Shown here piece by piece: positions 20,246 to 30,586 of a stretch of 64,000 nucleotides of DNA; position 1 is the first letter of the stretch; the number at the start of each line of letters is the position of its first letter. This DNA comes from a virus, in IMG/VR virus record IMGVR_UViG_3300035670_000019, positions 32,001 through 96,000 of that record. One strand, written 5' to 3'. A program made the position numbers and the translations under genes. The notes under the pieces are model-generated. The model worked only from the letters and a program-made list of their open reading frames with translations, was not told the origin of the DNA and made no database searches.

Positions 20246-21376
20246 ATGAGTAAAATATTAAAAAGTTTACAATTTGTGACTCAATCTGCTTCACCAAGTA
20301 CTCCTAGTGCTGGTACTGGGGCTTTATTTGGCAGTGGTAGTAGCTTTTATTTTGAAAACTCTTCTGGTACAGTATTTGATTTAGCTGCTTCTAATGGTTA
20401 TATTGTTACTAGATCATATACTGGTTCAACCACAGGAGTAGATGTTCCTTACACTTGGAGTAAATCACCTAGTTTAAAATTTTTAGAAATTTGTTGTGTT
20501 GGGGGTGGAGGTGGTGGTGGTGGTGGTCGATCAATAGCTATTAATAATCAACAAGTAACAACAGGAGGTGGTGGGGGTGCTATAGCATATCTTTGGTTAG
20601 AAGCCTCACAATTAAGCTCTTCTCCATATGTTATCACTGTTGGTAGAGGAGGCACTCCTGGAGCCGCCCGGGTTAGTACTGGAACAGCATTAACAAGTAA
20701 TACCGGGTCACGTGGTGGAAACACATCATTTGGTTCATTGGTAGTAGCTGAAGGAGGACAAGGTGGGCAAAGCACAACATTTGCTTCAGGTGGATTAGCC
20801 ATTAATTGTGTACCTTCTAGTGGACCATGGATAATATCCGGAGTCCCATCTGGCCCAGCTGGAGGGACAAATGCTACTACTAATCGAAGTCAAGATGTTT
20901 TTGATCCTCTTGGTGTTTCAACATTAGTTTCTACTGTTACACGAAATTCAATTATATTTTATGGACAAGGTGGCGCAGCGGGTGGTAGTGGGGGAGGTAG
21001 AGATTCAGTAGTAGGATTGTTCGCTGGAAGAACAGGATCAGGAATAGACTCTACAGTAATTGCTGGTGGTTACCCGGGTCCAACTCCTGGATCTTCTGGG
21101 ACTGTTGGTGGTAATGGTGGAAATGGAGTTAATAATGTATTAACCTCATTATTATTGTTATCTGGATCAAATTTTGGATATGGTTTAGGTACAGGTGGAT
21201 CTGGAGGAGGAAGTGGAACAACACAAGGAGGTAATGGAGGAAATGGAGGATACTACGGAGCCGGAGGAGGAGGTGGAGGCCTACTATTTGGATTAGGCTC
21301 AGCATCCTTTCCCTCATCATCAGGAGCAGGAGGTTCTGGATCTTCAGGATTATGTTTATTAATTGAATATTATTAG
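20246..21376 (+). CDS. Glycine-rich adhesin-like virion protein 1
   Basis: Poly-Gly tracts (VGGGGGGGGG, GGNGGNGG); C-terminal LIEYY. Confidence 0.8.
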   Translation: MSKILKSLQFVTQSASPSTPSAGTGALFGSGSSFYFENSSGTVFDLAASNGYIVTRSYTGSTTGVDVPYTWSKSPSLKFLEICCVGGGGGGGGGRSIAINNQQVTTGGGGGAIAYLWLEASQLSSSPYVITVGRGGTPGAARVSTGTALTSNTGSRGGNTSFGSLVVAEGGQGGQSTTFASGGLAINCVPSSGPWIISGVPSGPAGGTNATTNRSQDVFDPLGVSTLVSTVTRNSIIFYGQGGAAGGSGGGRDSVVGLFAGRTGSGIDSTVIAGGYPGPTPGSSGTVGGNGGNGVNNVLTSLLLLSGSNFGYGLGTGGSGGGSGTTQGGNGGNGGYYGAGGGGGGLLFGLGSASFPSSSGAGGSGSSGLCLLIEYY

Positions 21377-21390
21377 AGGAATATTTTTAT

Positions 21391-22503
21391 ATGTCTAAAT
21401 TACTAAACACTACATTTTTAGTTACAATGTCATTCGCTACACCAGAAGGTGTAGGTTATGGTAGTTTATATGCTAGTAGTAGTAAAATTTACTTTACTTC
21501 TTCTTTAGGTAATTTCGATTTGACTGATGCTAAGGGTTATATTCTTATTAGAGAATATGTTTCTAACACAATATGGAGTCCACCTGCTAATGTAAAATAT
21601 GTACGTTTATTAGCAGTTGGAGGCGGAGGTGGAGGAGGTGGTGGTTCTAAACGACTCAGCTCACTTTCAGCTAATTCACCTGGAGGAGGAGGAGGAAGTG
21701 GGGGAATAATGGTTAATTATATGTACCCCGCTTCAGCATTCACTAGACCTGAATATAATGTAACTATAGGAGGTGGTGGTAATTCTGGCTCTGGTAATAC
21801 AAACGCAGCTGGTGGAAGTGGTACTAATGGTGTTAATGGTGGTATCACTGGTTTAACTAGTGGTAGTATTGTAATGATTCGAGCTGCTGGTGGTATTTTA
21901 GGACAAGGTGGTGTTAATAATGGAGCATCTATACCTGGGGGGGTATCTGTTATCGGGTCAACATTTCCCTCGTCTTTACCATACGCTCGTTTTAGTGTAA
22001 ATGGAGGATATGTACAAAGTTATGTTGGATTTAATGCTAATTTAAGCTCTACTATAGAACTAGTATCAACACATGCTTTAAATGGCCTACGTGGTACTGC
22101 GGGTGCAGGAGGAGGAGGTGGCTTTACCACCTCAACAACATTAACCCGTGGAGGATCTGGTTCTGGAGTATTTGTTAATAATACTGTTTTAAATGCTAGT
22201 GCTCCTGGAGCTACAGGCACAGGCAATGCAGGTACTGATGGAGTCAATGATGTATTAGACATTATGACTTTATTTTTTACTTCTGGTAGTAGTAATATCA
22301 CATCATCTTATGGATTTGGAAGTGGTGGAGGTGGTGGTGCTGGAGGAAATTTAAGTGGTACTATTGGAGGAGGCAAGGGAGGAAATGGAGGTACAATTGG
22401 AGCAGGAGGTGGAGGTGGTGGAGCTTGTAATACTGGTTCATTGGCAGCTGGAAATGGAGGACGTGGTGGGGATGGTTATTTAGCTATAATAGAATATTAT
22501 TAA
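21391..22503 (+). CDS. Glycine-rich adhesin-like virion protein 2 (paralog of protein 1)
   Basis: Same architecture as the preceding gene; C-terminal IIEYY. Confidence 0.8.
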   Translation: MSKLLNTTFLVTMSFATPEGVGYGSLYASSSKIYFTSSLGNFDLTDAKGYILIREYVSNTIWSPPANVKYVRLLAVGGGGGGGGGSKRLSSLSANSPGGGGGSGGIMVNYMYPASAFTRPEYNVTIGGGGNSGSGNTNAAGGSGTNGVNGGITGLTSGSIVMIRAAGGILGQGGVNNGASIPGGVSVIGSTFPSSLPYARFSVNGGYVQSYVGFNANLSSTIELVSTHALNGLRGTAGAGGGGGFTTSTTLTRGGSGSGVFVNNTVLNASAPGATGTGNAGTDGVNDVLDIMTLFFTSGSSNITSSYGFGSGGGGGAGGNLSGTIGGGKGGNGGTIGAGGGGGGACNTGSLAAGNGGRGGDGYLAIIEYY

Positions 22504-22524
22504 TAAAAAAATAATTTTTAACAA

Positions 22525-22740
22525 ATGGAAAAACGATATTGGTTTGTAATAAAAGATAACTATGTTATTGATTATGTTATATGGGATGGTGTGACGTCCT
22601 GGAATTATCCATATCCTTATGATTCTTTAAAAGAAGACACTACATATATGCCTGGTGTTGGTGATTGGTATGAAGCATCAGAAGATATTTTTTACCGCCC
22701 ACTAGGAAAGACACCCCCAGATTTTCCAGGAAATCCTTAA
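22525..22740 (+). CDS. Small aromatic-rich protein, possible fibre/adhesin assembly partner
   Basis: 71 aa with VIWDG...GVGDWY...FYRP, directly after the Gly-rich genes. Confidence 0.65.
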   Translation: MEKRYWFVIKDNYVIDYVIWDGVTSWNYPYPYDSLKEDTTYMPGVGDWYEASEDIFYRPLGKTPPDFPGNP

Positions 22741-22756
22741 ATATTTATAATAAATT

Positions 22757-23011
22757 ATGAAAATGGAAACAAAAGTTTTAACCCAAGAAGAGATTACACA
22801 ATTAAAAGCAGTTCAACAAGAACGATATTCTTTAGTAGATAAATTTGGTACTATTGAAATCCAATTCCAAGAATTAGAATCTACTAAACAGAAACTAAAA
22901 CTTGAATACGAAAAACTAAAACAAAAAGAAGAAGTTTTAGGAAAACAGTTACAAGCAAAATATGGTGATGGTACTATCAATTTGGAGAAAGGAGAATTTG
23001 TAAGCGCCTAG
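22757..23011 (+). CDS. Small coiled-coil protein
   Basis: Heptad-like helix followed by KYGDGTINLEKGEF. Late motif at 22741. Confidence 0.7.
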   Translation: MKMETKVLTQEEITQLKAVQQERYSLVDKFGTIEIQFQELESTKQKLKLEYEKLKQKEEVLGKQLQAKYGDGTINLEKGEFVSA

Positions 23012-23080
23012 TTTTTCGAATCACTTTAGGATATTTATCATCAAACCCCAATTAAAAAACAATTTAATTAAACAAATAAC

Positions 23081-24799
23081 ATGGCAGAAATTTTATTATC
23101 CCCCGGTGTTTTATCTAGAGAGATAGATACCTCATTTATAGCAGAACAACCACCACAGATTGGTGCTGCTATCATAGGCCCAACTGTTAAAGGCCCTGTT
23201 GGTATTCCTGTAACTGTTACATCTTATACTGATTTCACTAGTTATTTTGGTGAAACTGAAGTTATAGCCGGTACTGGATCATTTTCATATTTCACTTCTA
23301 TAGCAGCTTACAATTACTTCCAAAACGGAGGTGAAACATTATTAGTGACTCGTGTAGTATCTGGTTCTTACACTTCAGCTACAGCTTCAGTTTATGGTAG
23401 TGGTTCATCAACTTCTGATATAGCATTTACTTTGGAAACTATTTCTCAAGGTGCTAATATGAATGCTACAGGTAGTATGGATGCTAATGGAGCATTAGCA
23501 ACAGCTTCAATTCATAGTGTTCGTTTCCAAATTGTAGCTCCAAATACTGCTTCTGGTACGTTTAACCTATATATTCGCAGAGGAGATGATGATAACAGAA
23601 ACCCAGCTATTTTAGAAACATATACTGGATTATCATTAGATCCATTATCTGAAAATTATGTAGCTAGAAGAATTGGTGACTATAAATTCACTCAAACAAC
23701 TTTAGATGGTGAAGCTACATTGCAAATTACGGGTACTTATCCTAACAAATCAAGATATGTAAGAGTAGGTACAGTTAATAAACCAACCCCTCAATACTTA
23801 GTAGGTGGTGTTGCTAATTCAGCTTACACATCTTCTATCCCAGTAACTACAGGTCTTAATGGTACTGGTTCATTTGGTAGTGCTGTAGGACAATTAGTAG
23901 CAGGTGCTAAGTTCTATAATGATATCACTGTTGATAATATTCAAGGTGTAAGCGCTAGTGCTTATACAGCTTCTATTAACTTACTAGCTAGTGCTAATGA
24001 CTATCAATTTAATGTATTAATAACTCCTGGTCTAAATTACACAGACCATGAAGATACAATGAGTTTAGCTCTTACTAATACTGAAAACAGAGGCGATAGT
24101 GTTTACGTAATGGATTTAGGTGATTATAGTGCTTCAGCTAGCCAAGTTATTGAAACAGCTATTGATATTGATTCATCATATGGTGCCGCTTATTACCCAT
24201 GGTTACAAACACTTGATCCAGCCACTAACCAATATGTTTGGGTTCCAGCTTCAGTAATGATCCCAGGTGTTTATGCTTATAATGATAGTGTAGCTGAGCC
24301 ATGGTTCGCTCCAGCAGGTATCAACAGAGGTGGATTAAGCACTGTAATTAGAGCTGCTTCTAAATTATCTCAAAACACTCGTGATAACTTATATCAAGGT
24401 AAAGTTAACCCAATCGCTACATTCCCAGGACAAGGTGTTGTAGTATACGGTCAGAAAACCTTACAAACTAAAGCTTCTGCTCTTGATCGTATCAACGTTC
24501 GTCGTTTGATGATTGCTCTTAAGAGATATATTGGTCAAATTGCTAATGGATTAGTATTCCAACAGAACAACGCTGCTACAAGAAACGGTTTCTTAGCTCA
24601 AGTAAACCCATATCTTGAATCAGTTCAGCAAAGACAAGGTTTGTATGCGTTTAAAGTAGTAATGGATGACTCTATTAACAACGCCGCTGTAATTGACAGA
24701 AACGAGTTAGTAGGTCAAATTTACTTACAACCAACCAAGACAGCTGAATTTATTTACTTGAACTTCACCCTTACTCCAACAGGTGCTGTTTTCCCATAA
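23081..24799 (+). CDS. Tail sheath protein, gp18-like
   Basis: Motifs SPGVLSREID, PWFAPAGINRG, LYQGKVNPI, GQKTLQ, DRINVRRL and PTKTAEFI. Confidence 0.97.
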   Translation: MAEILLSPGVLSREIDTSFIAEQPPQIGAAIIGPTVKGPVGIPVTVTSYTDFTSYFGETEVIAGTGSFSYFTSIAAYNYFQNGGETLLVTRVVSGSYTSATASVYGSGSSTSDIAFTLETISQGANMNATGSMDANGALATASIHSVRFQIVAPNTASGTFNLYIRRGDDDNRNPAILETYTGLSLDPLSENYVARRIGDYKFTQTTLDGEATLQITGTYPNKSRYVRVGTVNKPTPQYLVGGVANSAYTSSIPVTTGLNGTGSFGSAVGQLVAGAKFYNDITVDNIQGVSASAYTASINLLASANDYQFNVLITPGLNYTDHEDTMSLALTNTENRGDSVYVMDLGDYSASASQVIETAIDIDSSYGAAYYPWLQTLDPATNQYVWVPASVMIPGVYAYNDSVAEPWFAPAGINRGGLSTVIRAASKLSQNTRDNLYQGKVNPIATFPGQGVVVYGQKTLQTKASALDRINVRRLMIALKRYIGQIANGLVFQQNNAATRNGFLAQVNPYLESVQQRQGLYAFKVVMDDSINNAAVIDRNELVGQIYLQPTKTAEFIYLNFTLTPTGAVFP

Positions 24800-24849
24800 T
24801 AAAAAGTTAACTGTTTAAATATTTATTAACAAATAAAAACTAAAAGAAA

Positions 24850-25338
24850 ATGGCAATTATAGACGCAAATGAAATGTTTTTTACAGCGTTTGAACCAAAA
24901 CAGGCTAACCGATTTATCCTGTACGCTGATGGAATACCAACATGGATGATTAAAGGAGTAAGTGCAGTGAACTTAACTCAAGGTGAAGTAATATTAAACC
25001 ACATTAACGTTTTACGTAAAGTAAAAGGTAAAACAGTTTGGGGTGATGTTACTATGACACTTCATGATCCGATTTCACCATCAGGTGCTCAAACAATCAT
25101 GGAATGGGTTCGCTTATCACACGAATCAGTAACAGGTAGAGATGGATACTCAGACTTCTATAAGAAGGATTTAGTTATCAATGCTCTTGGTCCTGTAGGT
25201 GACGTGGTAGCAGAATGGGTACTTAAAGGCGCATTTGTAAAAGATGCTAACTTTGGTGAATATAACTGGGATACTGAAAATACCGCTATAAACATCACAA
25301 TGACATTAGCAATTGACTACGCCGTGTTAAACTACTAA
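24850..25338 (+). CDS. Tail tube protein, gp19-like
   Basis: Follows the sheath. Motifs EPKQANRF and YKKDL...GDVVAEWVLKGAF. Confidence 0.92.
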   Translation: MAIIDANEMFFTAFEPKQANRFILYADGIPTWMIKGVSAVNLTQGEVILNHINVLRKVKGKTVWGDVTMTLHDPISPSGAQTIMEWVRLSHESVTGRDGYSDFYKKDLVINALGPVGDVVAEWVLKGAFVKDANFGEYNWDTENTAINITMTLAIDYAVLNY

Positions 25339-25361
25339 AAGTTAAACCCAATAACTATAAA

Positions 25362-25393
25362 AAGAGCTCGCATTTTTTGCGAGCTTCTTTTTT
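25362..25393 (+). terminator. Terminator after the tail tube gene
   Basis: AGCTCGCA-TTTTT-TGCGAGCT followed by TCTTTTTT. Confidence 0.85.
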
Positions 25394-25442
25394 CTTTATA
25401 TATTTATATACAACAAATAAAATGTTATAACAAAAATTATCT

Positions 25443-26177
25443 ATGGAAAATAAGTTTAGTATGCCAACAGAAATGGTTGAATTGCCTTCAAAAGGCTTAG
25501 TCTACCCAGAAACAAGTCCTCTCTCAAGCGGTAAAATTGAAATGAAATATATGACCGCTAAAGAAGAAGATATCTTAACTAACCAATCCTACATTCAAAA
25601 AGGAACAGTATTAGATGAACTAATCAAGTCTCTTATTGTTACTCCAGATATAAAATATGAAGATTTAATTGTGGGTGATAAAAATGCTTTACTAGTAGCT
25701 GCTCGTATTTTAGGTTACGGTAAAGATTATAAGTTTACATACGGTGGAGAAGAACAAACAATTGATCTATCAACTGTAGAAAATAAAGTTATTCTTGATC
25801 ATTTATATACTAAAGGTGTAAATGAATTTGAATATACACTTCCTTCAACAGGTACTAAAATTACCTTTAAACTTTTAACAGGCCATGATGAGAAAAAAAT
25901 CAATGCTGAGTTAGAAGGTTTAAAGAAAATCAATAAAAATAATGTACCTGAATTATCAACTCGTTTAAAATATATGATTACCTCAATTGAAGGTAATACA
26001 GAACCTAAAGCAATTAGGGAATTTGTTGATAATCATTTCTTAGCTCGTGACTCTAGAGCCTTCAGAGAGTACATAAAGGAGGTACAACCAGATGTTGATC
26101 TGACCTTTTTTCCCGACGGGAGCGACACAAAAGTTAACATTCCAGTTGGACTTAGCTTTTTTTGGCCTGACCTCTGA
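25443..26177 (+). CDS. Tail/baseplate hub assembly chaperone, gp26-like
   Basis: LPSKG, MTAKEEDIL and C-terminal FFWP; lies between tube and tape measure. Confidence 0.8.
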   Translation: MENKFSMPTEMVELPSKGLVYPETSPLSSGKIEMKYMTAKEEDILTNQSYIQKGTVLDELIKSLIVTPDIKYEDLIVGDKNALLVAARILGYGKDYKFTYGGEEQTIDLSTVENKVILDHLYTKGVNEFEYTLPSTGTKITFKLLTGHDEKKINAELEGLKKINKNNVPELSTRLKYMITSIEGNTEPKAIREFVDNHFLARDSRAFREYIKEVQPDVDLTFFPDGSDTKVNIPVGLSFFWPDL

Positions 26178-26445
26178 TCTAGCTAAACAACATCGAGTTA
26201 ATCTTTTTACTCAAATACATGAGATAGTTTTTCATGGCCAAGGCGGTTATGACTGGGAAACAGTCTATAACATGCCTATTTGGCTTCGTAAGTTCACTTT
26301 CCATAAAATGAAAGAACATTATGATGAGAAAAATGGAGATGGAAATGGTGATCTAGCATCTCAAACTAAAGCTATCAAAGATGGTAAAATCCAACTCCCA
26401 GACCATTTTAAAGGTAAATTAGCCAATAAAGCTCCAAAGTATTAA
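26146..26445 (+). CDS. Second tail assembly chaperone segment, probably reached by frameshift
   Basis: Overlaps the upstream gene in the +1 frame, has only a TTG start, and the overlap contains a T7 run. Core sequence QIHEIVFHG.GGY.W..VYNMPIWLR. Confidence 0.7.
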   Translation: MDLAFFGLTSDLAKQHRVNLFTQIHEIVFHGQGGYDWETVYNMPIWLRKFTFHKMKEHYDEKNGDGNGDLASQTKAIKDGKIQLPDHFKGKLANKAPKY

Positions 26446-26472
26446 TATTTATAATATATACTTTATCACAAC

Positions 26473-29400
26473 ATGGCTGAAGAATCTAAGTTATCAAAAG
26501 CGGAAATACAAGAATTAAGAGCCCTTATAAGACTTCTTAAGGAAGAAATGACTGATGTTGAGTTTGATAACTTAATCAAATCAGGTCCAGCAGCTAAAAA
26601 ACTATTAACAGAATTAAGAGTAGAAAATGGCTCTTTTAGAGATAGCATTTCAGATGCTCGTGAAGCATTTAAAAGACTTTCTGATGAAATTAAAGGTACT
26701 CAATCTGGTGTAAAAACAGTAGCCTCTATCTATAATAAAACAGCTAGACTAGCTGAAGACATCCAGCGATACCAAAAAGGTATAGTTGATTATAATGAAA
26801 AAGATATATCTAAACTTCAAGAAAAATCAAAAATTCAAAAATTAGATCTTGAAAATGCTGATAAAGTTTTAAAAGCTGAAGAAAAAGATTTAAAATTAGC
26901 TGAACAAAACAAAAAACTCCTACAAGATCAATTACTACTCCAGTACGACCTTAAAAAAGCAGCTCTACAGAGACAGGGGATAGATATTAAAAATAACAGA
27001 GAGTTAAAAGAACTTGAAAAACAATACAATAAAGTAGATAAAGAGCTTGAATCTATTAGTGAAAAACTAGAAAAGAATAGAGACACTCAAGGTGAAATTA
27101 GTGGAGCATTAAAAGATCAAGATGGTTTTTACAATGTATTAAATGCCTCTATAGCAGATCTTAATAGTAAATTAGAACAACAGAATAAATTATTAGGATT
27201 AGGTGGTGCGGTTGTAGCAAGTTTAGACACAGCTTTAAATGGTTTAGGATTAGGTAGATTAGCTGGTGCTTTAGGTATTAGTGAAGCTAAAAACGAAATG
27301 GATGAATTTTCTAAGAAAATTCTTAAAGATCGTGAAGAGCAATTAATTTTAGAAAAAGAAATTAAGGATGAGATGAAAGCTAGAGCAGGAGGTAAAGGTC
27401 AACTTTCACCTGAAGTTTTAGCTGAAAAGTATAAACAATTAAATGCTCTTAAAGCTCAAAATGCTCAATATGATGGTATAAATGGTAAGTTAGCTGTATT
27501 GAAGAAAGGTATTTCTTCAATGGGAGCGTCTTTGCTTAAAAATCTAACTGACCCTGTATCTTTAGCTGTAGCAGCAGTAGGAGCATTAATTAGTACTTTA
27601 AAAGCATCAGACCAAGCAACAGGAGAATTAGCTAAAAATTTTGGTACAAGCTACAGAGAAGCTTCCAAAATGCGACAAGAATTAAATGAAGTAGCTAACT
27701 CCACAAGTAACATTAATGTTACAACTGAAAAACTACAAAAAACTCAAATGGCTGTTGCAGCAGCTGTTGGTTCTACCGCTATGCTAAATCAAGAAGATTT
27801 AGTTACCATGACTGAAATGGTAGAACAAGCTGGCTATCAGTATGATGAGGTAATGAATATTCAAAAATTATCTCTAGCACAAGGTAAAACATTAAAAGAT
27901 AATACAACACAAATACTAGGAGCTGCTAAAGCATATGCCTCTAGAAACAAATTAGTTATAAATGAAAAAGAAGTTCTTAAAGAAGTAAACAAAATGTCAG
28001 CCTCCTTAAAATTATCATTAGGTGGTAGCGCTGATAAAATGGCTGAAGCTGTTGTTAAAACTAAAGCTCTTGGTTTAAGTATAGAACAAGCTGAAAAAAT
28101 GGCTGATGGGTTATTACAATTTGAGTCTTCTATTTCTTCTGAAATGGAAGCTGAAATGTTAACCGGTAAAGCTTTAAATTTTGAAAAAGCAAGATTATTA
28201 GCTTTAAATAATGATGTAGCAGGGGCAGCTGAAGAAATAGCTAAACAGGTAGGTACTTCCGCTGATTTTGCTAAAATGAACCGCATCCAACAAGAAGCAT
28301 TAGCTAAAGCTGCTGGTATGGAGAGAGATGAGTTGGCTCAATCGTTAATGGATAGAGAAGCATTAGCCGCTTTATCTGATGTTGAAGGTAAAACAGCTAA
28401 AGAACGTTTTGATAATTTAGTTAAAGAAGTTGGAATGGAAGAAGCTAAAAAACGTCTAGGAAACGATGAATTAGCCCAACAATATGAATCCCAATCAATA
28501 CAAGAAAAATTCCAAGCCACAGCCCAAAAAGTCATGGATATTTTTGTATCCATGGCTCAACCTATATTAGATATAGTTAACGCTTTAACCCCTGTTTTCA
28601 AATTTGTTGGTTGGATAGCTAGTGGAATAGGTTCAATTGTAAATCTTTTAAATAAAGCTACCTTTGGTATGCTTCCTGCTCTTATAGGTGGTTTTGCAGT
28701 ACTTAAATTACTATCAGGTGATATAGGTAAATCATTACTTAAAGGCTTAGTTTATCCTTTTAAAGCAGCTAAAGAAGGACTTTCCTCATTAAGTGGTGGA
28801 CTTAAATCAATGTTTTCCGAAATCAAAGAAAAAGGAATTGGAGGAGCATTTAAAGACGCATTTACATCTGTTAAAGATAAAATTTCAGGTAAATCAAAAG
28901 CTAAAGACCTAGCTTCGAAAGTTGCGGAAATGAAAAAGCAATCCCCTGGTATGACTTCTAAAGAAGCTCTAGAAAAGATTAGAGCATCAAACAAAGACGT
29001 AGCAGGAGGAGCAGCGGATAAAGCAGGTAACTTAGCAAATAAAGCTAAAGATAAAGCTGATAAAGTATCTGATAGCACTAAAGGTGGAGATAAAGCTAAA
29101 AACTTTGCTGATAGAATGAAAAATATAGCTAAAGGTATAGCAGCCTTTGGCACTAAAGAAGTATTATTCGGAGCATTAAACCTTATCCCAGTATCCGTTG
29201 GTTTAATAGCTATGCTTCCTGGTTTTTTAGGTGCTAAAGCTATTGAAAAACTTGATGGTAAAAAATTAAAAACCTCATTAGAAGGTTTAGCTAAAGGTAT
29301 TGAAGCTATGGCTAAAGGTAAAGTAGCTTTAGGAGCATTAGCTTTAACAGCCGCTGGAGTAGCTTTAGTTGCTGCTCTTCCAGGCATGATAGCGGCTGCT

Positions 29401-30546
29401 GCTTTAGGAACTATAGGTCCATTAGTTGAAAAAGGTCTTACATCATTTGCAAAAGGTATTGAAAGATTAGGTACTGGTAAAGTATTTTTAGGTGCTGCTG
29501 CTTTAGCAGCGTTAGGAGCATCTTTAATCCCAGCAGCCATTGCTTTTAAAATGTTTGCTGATATAGATTGGGAAGATATGGGTAAAGCAGGAGCTGCATT
29601 AGTTGGATTAGGAGTAGCAGGGGCTGCATTTGGTGCTTTAGGTGAATCTGGATTGCTTTTTGTAGGAGCAGCAGCGATAGCAGCTTTAGGAGCTTCATTA
29701 ATACCATTTGCTTATGCTTTAAACCTAATGGCTCCTGCTTTAGAAAAATTTACTCCAATAATTGAAGTATTTGGTAACGTTATATCAAAAACATTTTCAG
29801 GAATAGCCAGTGTAATTACATCAGCATTTGATGGATTATCAAATCTATTTAAAACTTTAGGTGAAGTTGATCCTATTAAATTATTCGCTATAGGACCCGC
29901 TTTAGCAAGTATAGGAGCAGGTTTAGTAGCTTTAGGAGGTGGAGGTTTAGTTGGAGGTATATTAGGTAGTGTAGGTAAATTATTTGGTGGAGATATAGTT
30001 GAAAAATTCAATCATTTAGCTTCTATAGATTCAAGTAAAATATTAACATTAGCTGATGCTATTAATAAATTAAGTGAATCTTTAGCTAGTTTTACTATAG
30101 CAACTGCTAATATAGGTGATACATCAAATATAGAAAAAACTATTGCTAAATTAATAGATTTGCATGATGAGTTTGAAGATACACCTATGGAAAAAGTTAT
30201 CAATACAGCAGTAACAGGAGTTAGTAATTTATTTGATAAAGCTTCATCATTTGTTTCTTCAGTATTTACTCCATCTGAAACTTCAGAAAATATGCCTGAA
30301 ACTCAGATGATGTCTCCTTCAAATATTAACAATGTTAATCAATCATCAACCTCTATTAACAATACATCATCTAATATAGATAATACTAATGTTGTAACTA
30401 TATTAAAAGAAGCTGTAAGTGTATTAAAAGCTATCCAAGCTAAAGATACAAGTGTGCAATTAGCTGTAGATGGTGAAGTTATAGCTAAAAAAATAACTCC
30501 TAATGTTAGTAGAGAACAAGTTAGAACATACTCATCAGTTTCATAA
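26473..30546 (+). CDS. Tape measure protein
   Basis: 1357 aa; long coiled coils plus Ala/Gly/Leu-rich hydrophobic repeats; follows the chaperones. Confidence 0.88.
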   Translation: MAEESKLSKAEIQELRALIRLLKEEMTDVEFDNLIKSGPAAKKLLTELRVENGSFRDSISDAREAFKRLSDEIKGTQSGVKTVASIYNKTARLAEDIQRYQKGIVDYNEKDISKLQEKSKIQKLDLENADKVLKAEEKDLKLAEQNKKLLQDQLLLQYDLKKAALQRQGIDIKNNRELKELEKQYNKVDKELESISEKLEKNRDTQGEISGALKDQDGFYNVLNASIADLNSKLEQQNKLLGLGGAVVASLDTALNGLGLGRLAGALGISEAKNEMDEFSKKILKDREEQLILEKEIKDEMKARAGGKGQLSPEVLAEKYKQLNALKAQNAQYDGINGKLAVLKKGISSMGASLLKNLTDPVSLAVAAVGALISTLKASDQATGELAKNFGTSYREASKMRQELNEVANSTSNINVTTEKLQKTQMAVAAAVGSTAMLNQEDLVTMTEMVEQAGYQYDEVMNIQKLSLAQGKTLKDNTTQILGAAKAYASRNKLVINEKEVLKEVNKMSASLKLSLGGSADKMAEAVVKTKALGLSIEQAEKMADGLLQFESSISSEMEAEMLTGKALNFEKARLLALNNDVAGAAEEIAKQVGTSADFAKMNRIQQEALAKAAGMERDELAQSLMDREALAALSDVEGKTAKERFDNLVKEVGMEEAKKRLGNDELAQQYESQSIQEKFQATAQKVMDIFVSMAQPILDIVNALTPVFKFVGWIASGIGSIVNLLNKATFGMLPALIGGFAVLKLLSGDIGKSLLKGLVYPFKAAKEGLSSLSGGLKSMFSEIKEKGIGGAFKDAFTSVKDKISGKSKAKDLASKVAEMKKQSPGMTSKEALEKIRASNKDVAGGAADKAGNLANKAKDKADKVSDSTKGGDKAKNFADRMKNIAKGIAAFGTKEVLFGALNLIPVSVGLIAMLPGFLGAKAIEKLDGKKLKTSLEGLAKGIEAMAKGKVALGALALTAAGVALVAALPGMIAAAALGTIGPLVEKGLTSFAKGIERLGTGKVFLGAAALAALGASLIPAAIAFKMFADIDWEDMGKAGAALVGLGVAGAAFGALGESGLLFVGAAAIAALGASLIPFAYALNLMAPALEKFTPIIEVFGNVISKTFSGIASVITSAFDGLSNLFKTLGEVDPIKLFAIGPALASIGAGLVALGGGGLVGGILGSVGKLFGGDIVEKFNHLASIDSSKILTLADAINKLSESLASFTIATANIGDTSNIEKTIAKLIDLHDEFEDTPMEKVINTAVTGVSNLFDKASSFVSSVFTPSETSENMPETQMMSPSNINNVNQSSTSINNTSSNIDNTNVVTILKEAVSVLKAIQAKDTSVQLAVDGEVIAKKITPNVSREQVRTYSSVS

Positions 30547-30586
30547 AATATAATATTTATAATAAACCCTTAAAATCAATAATAAC

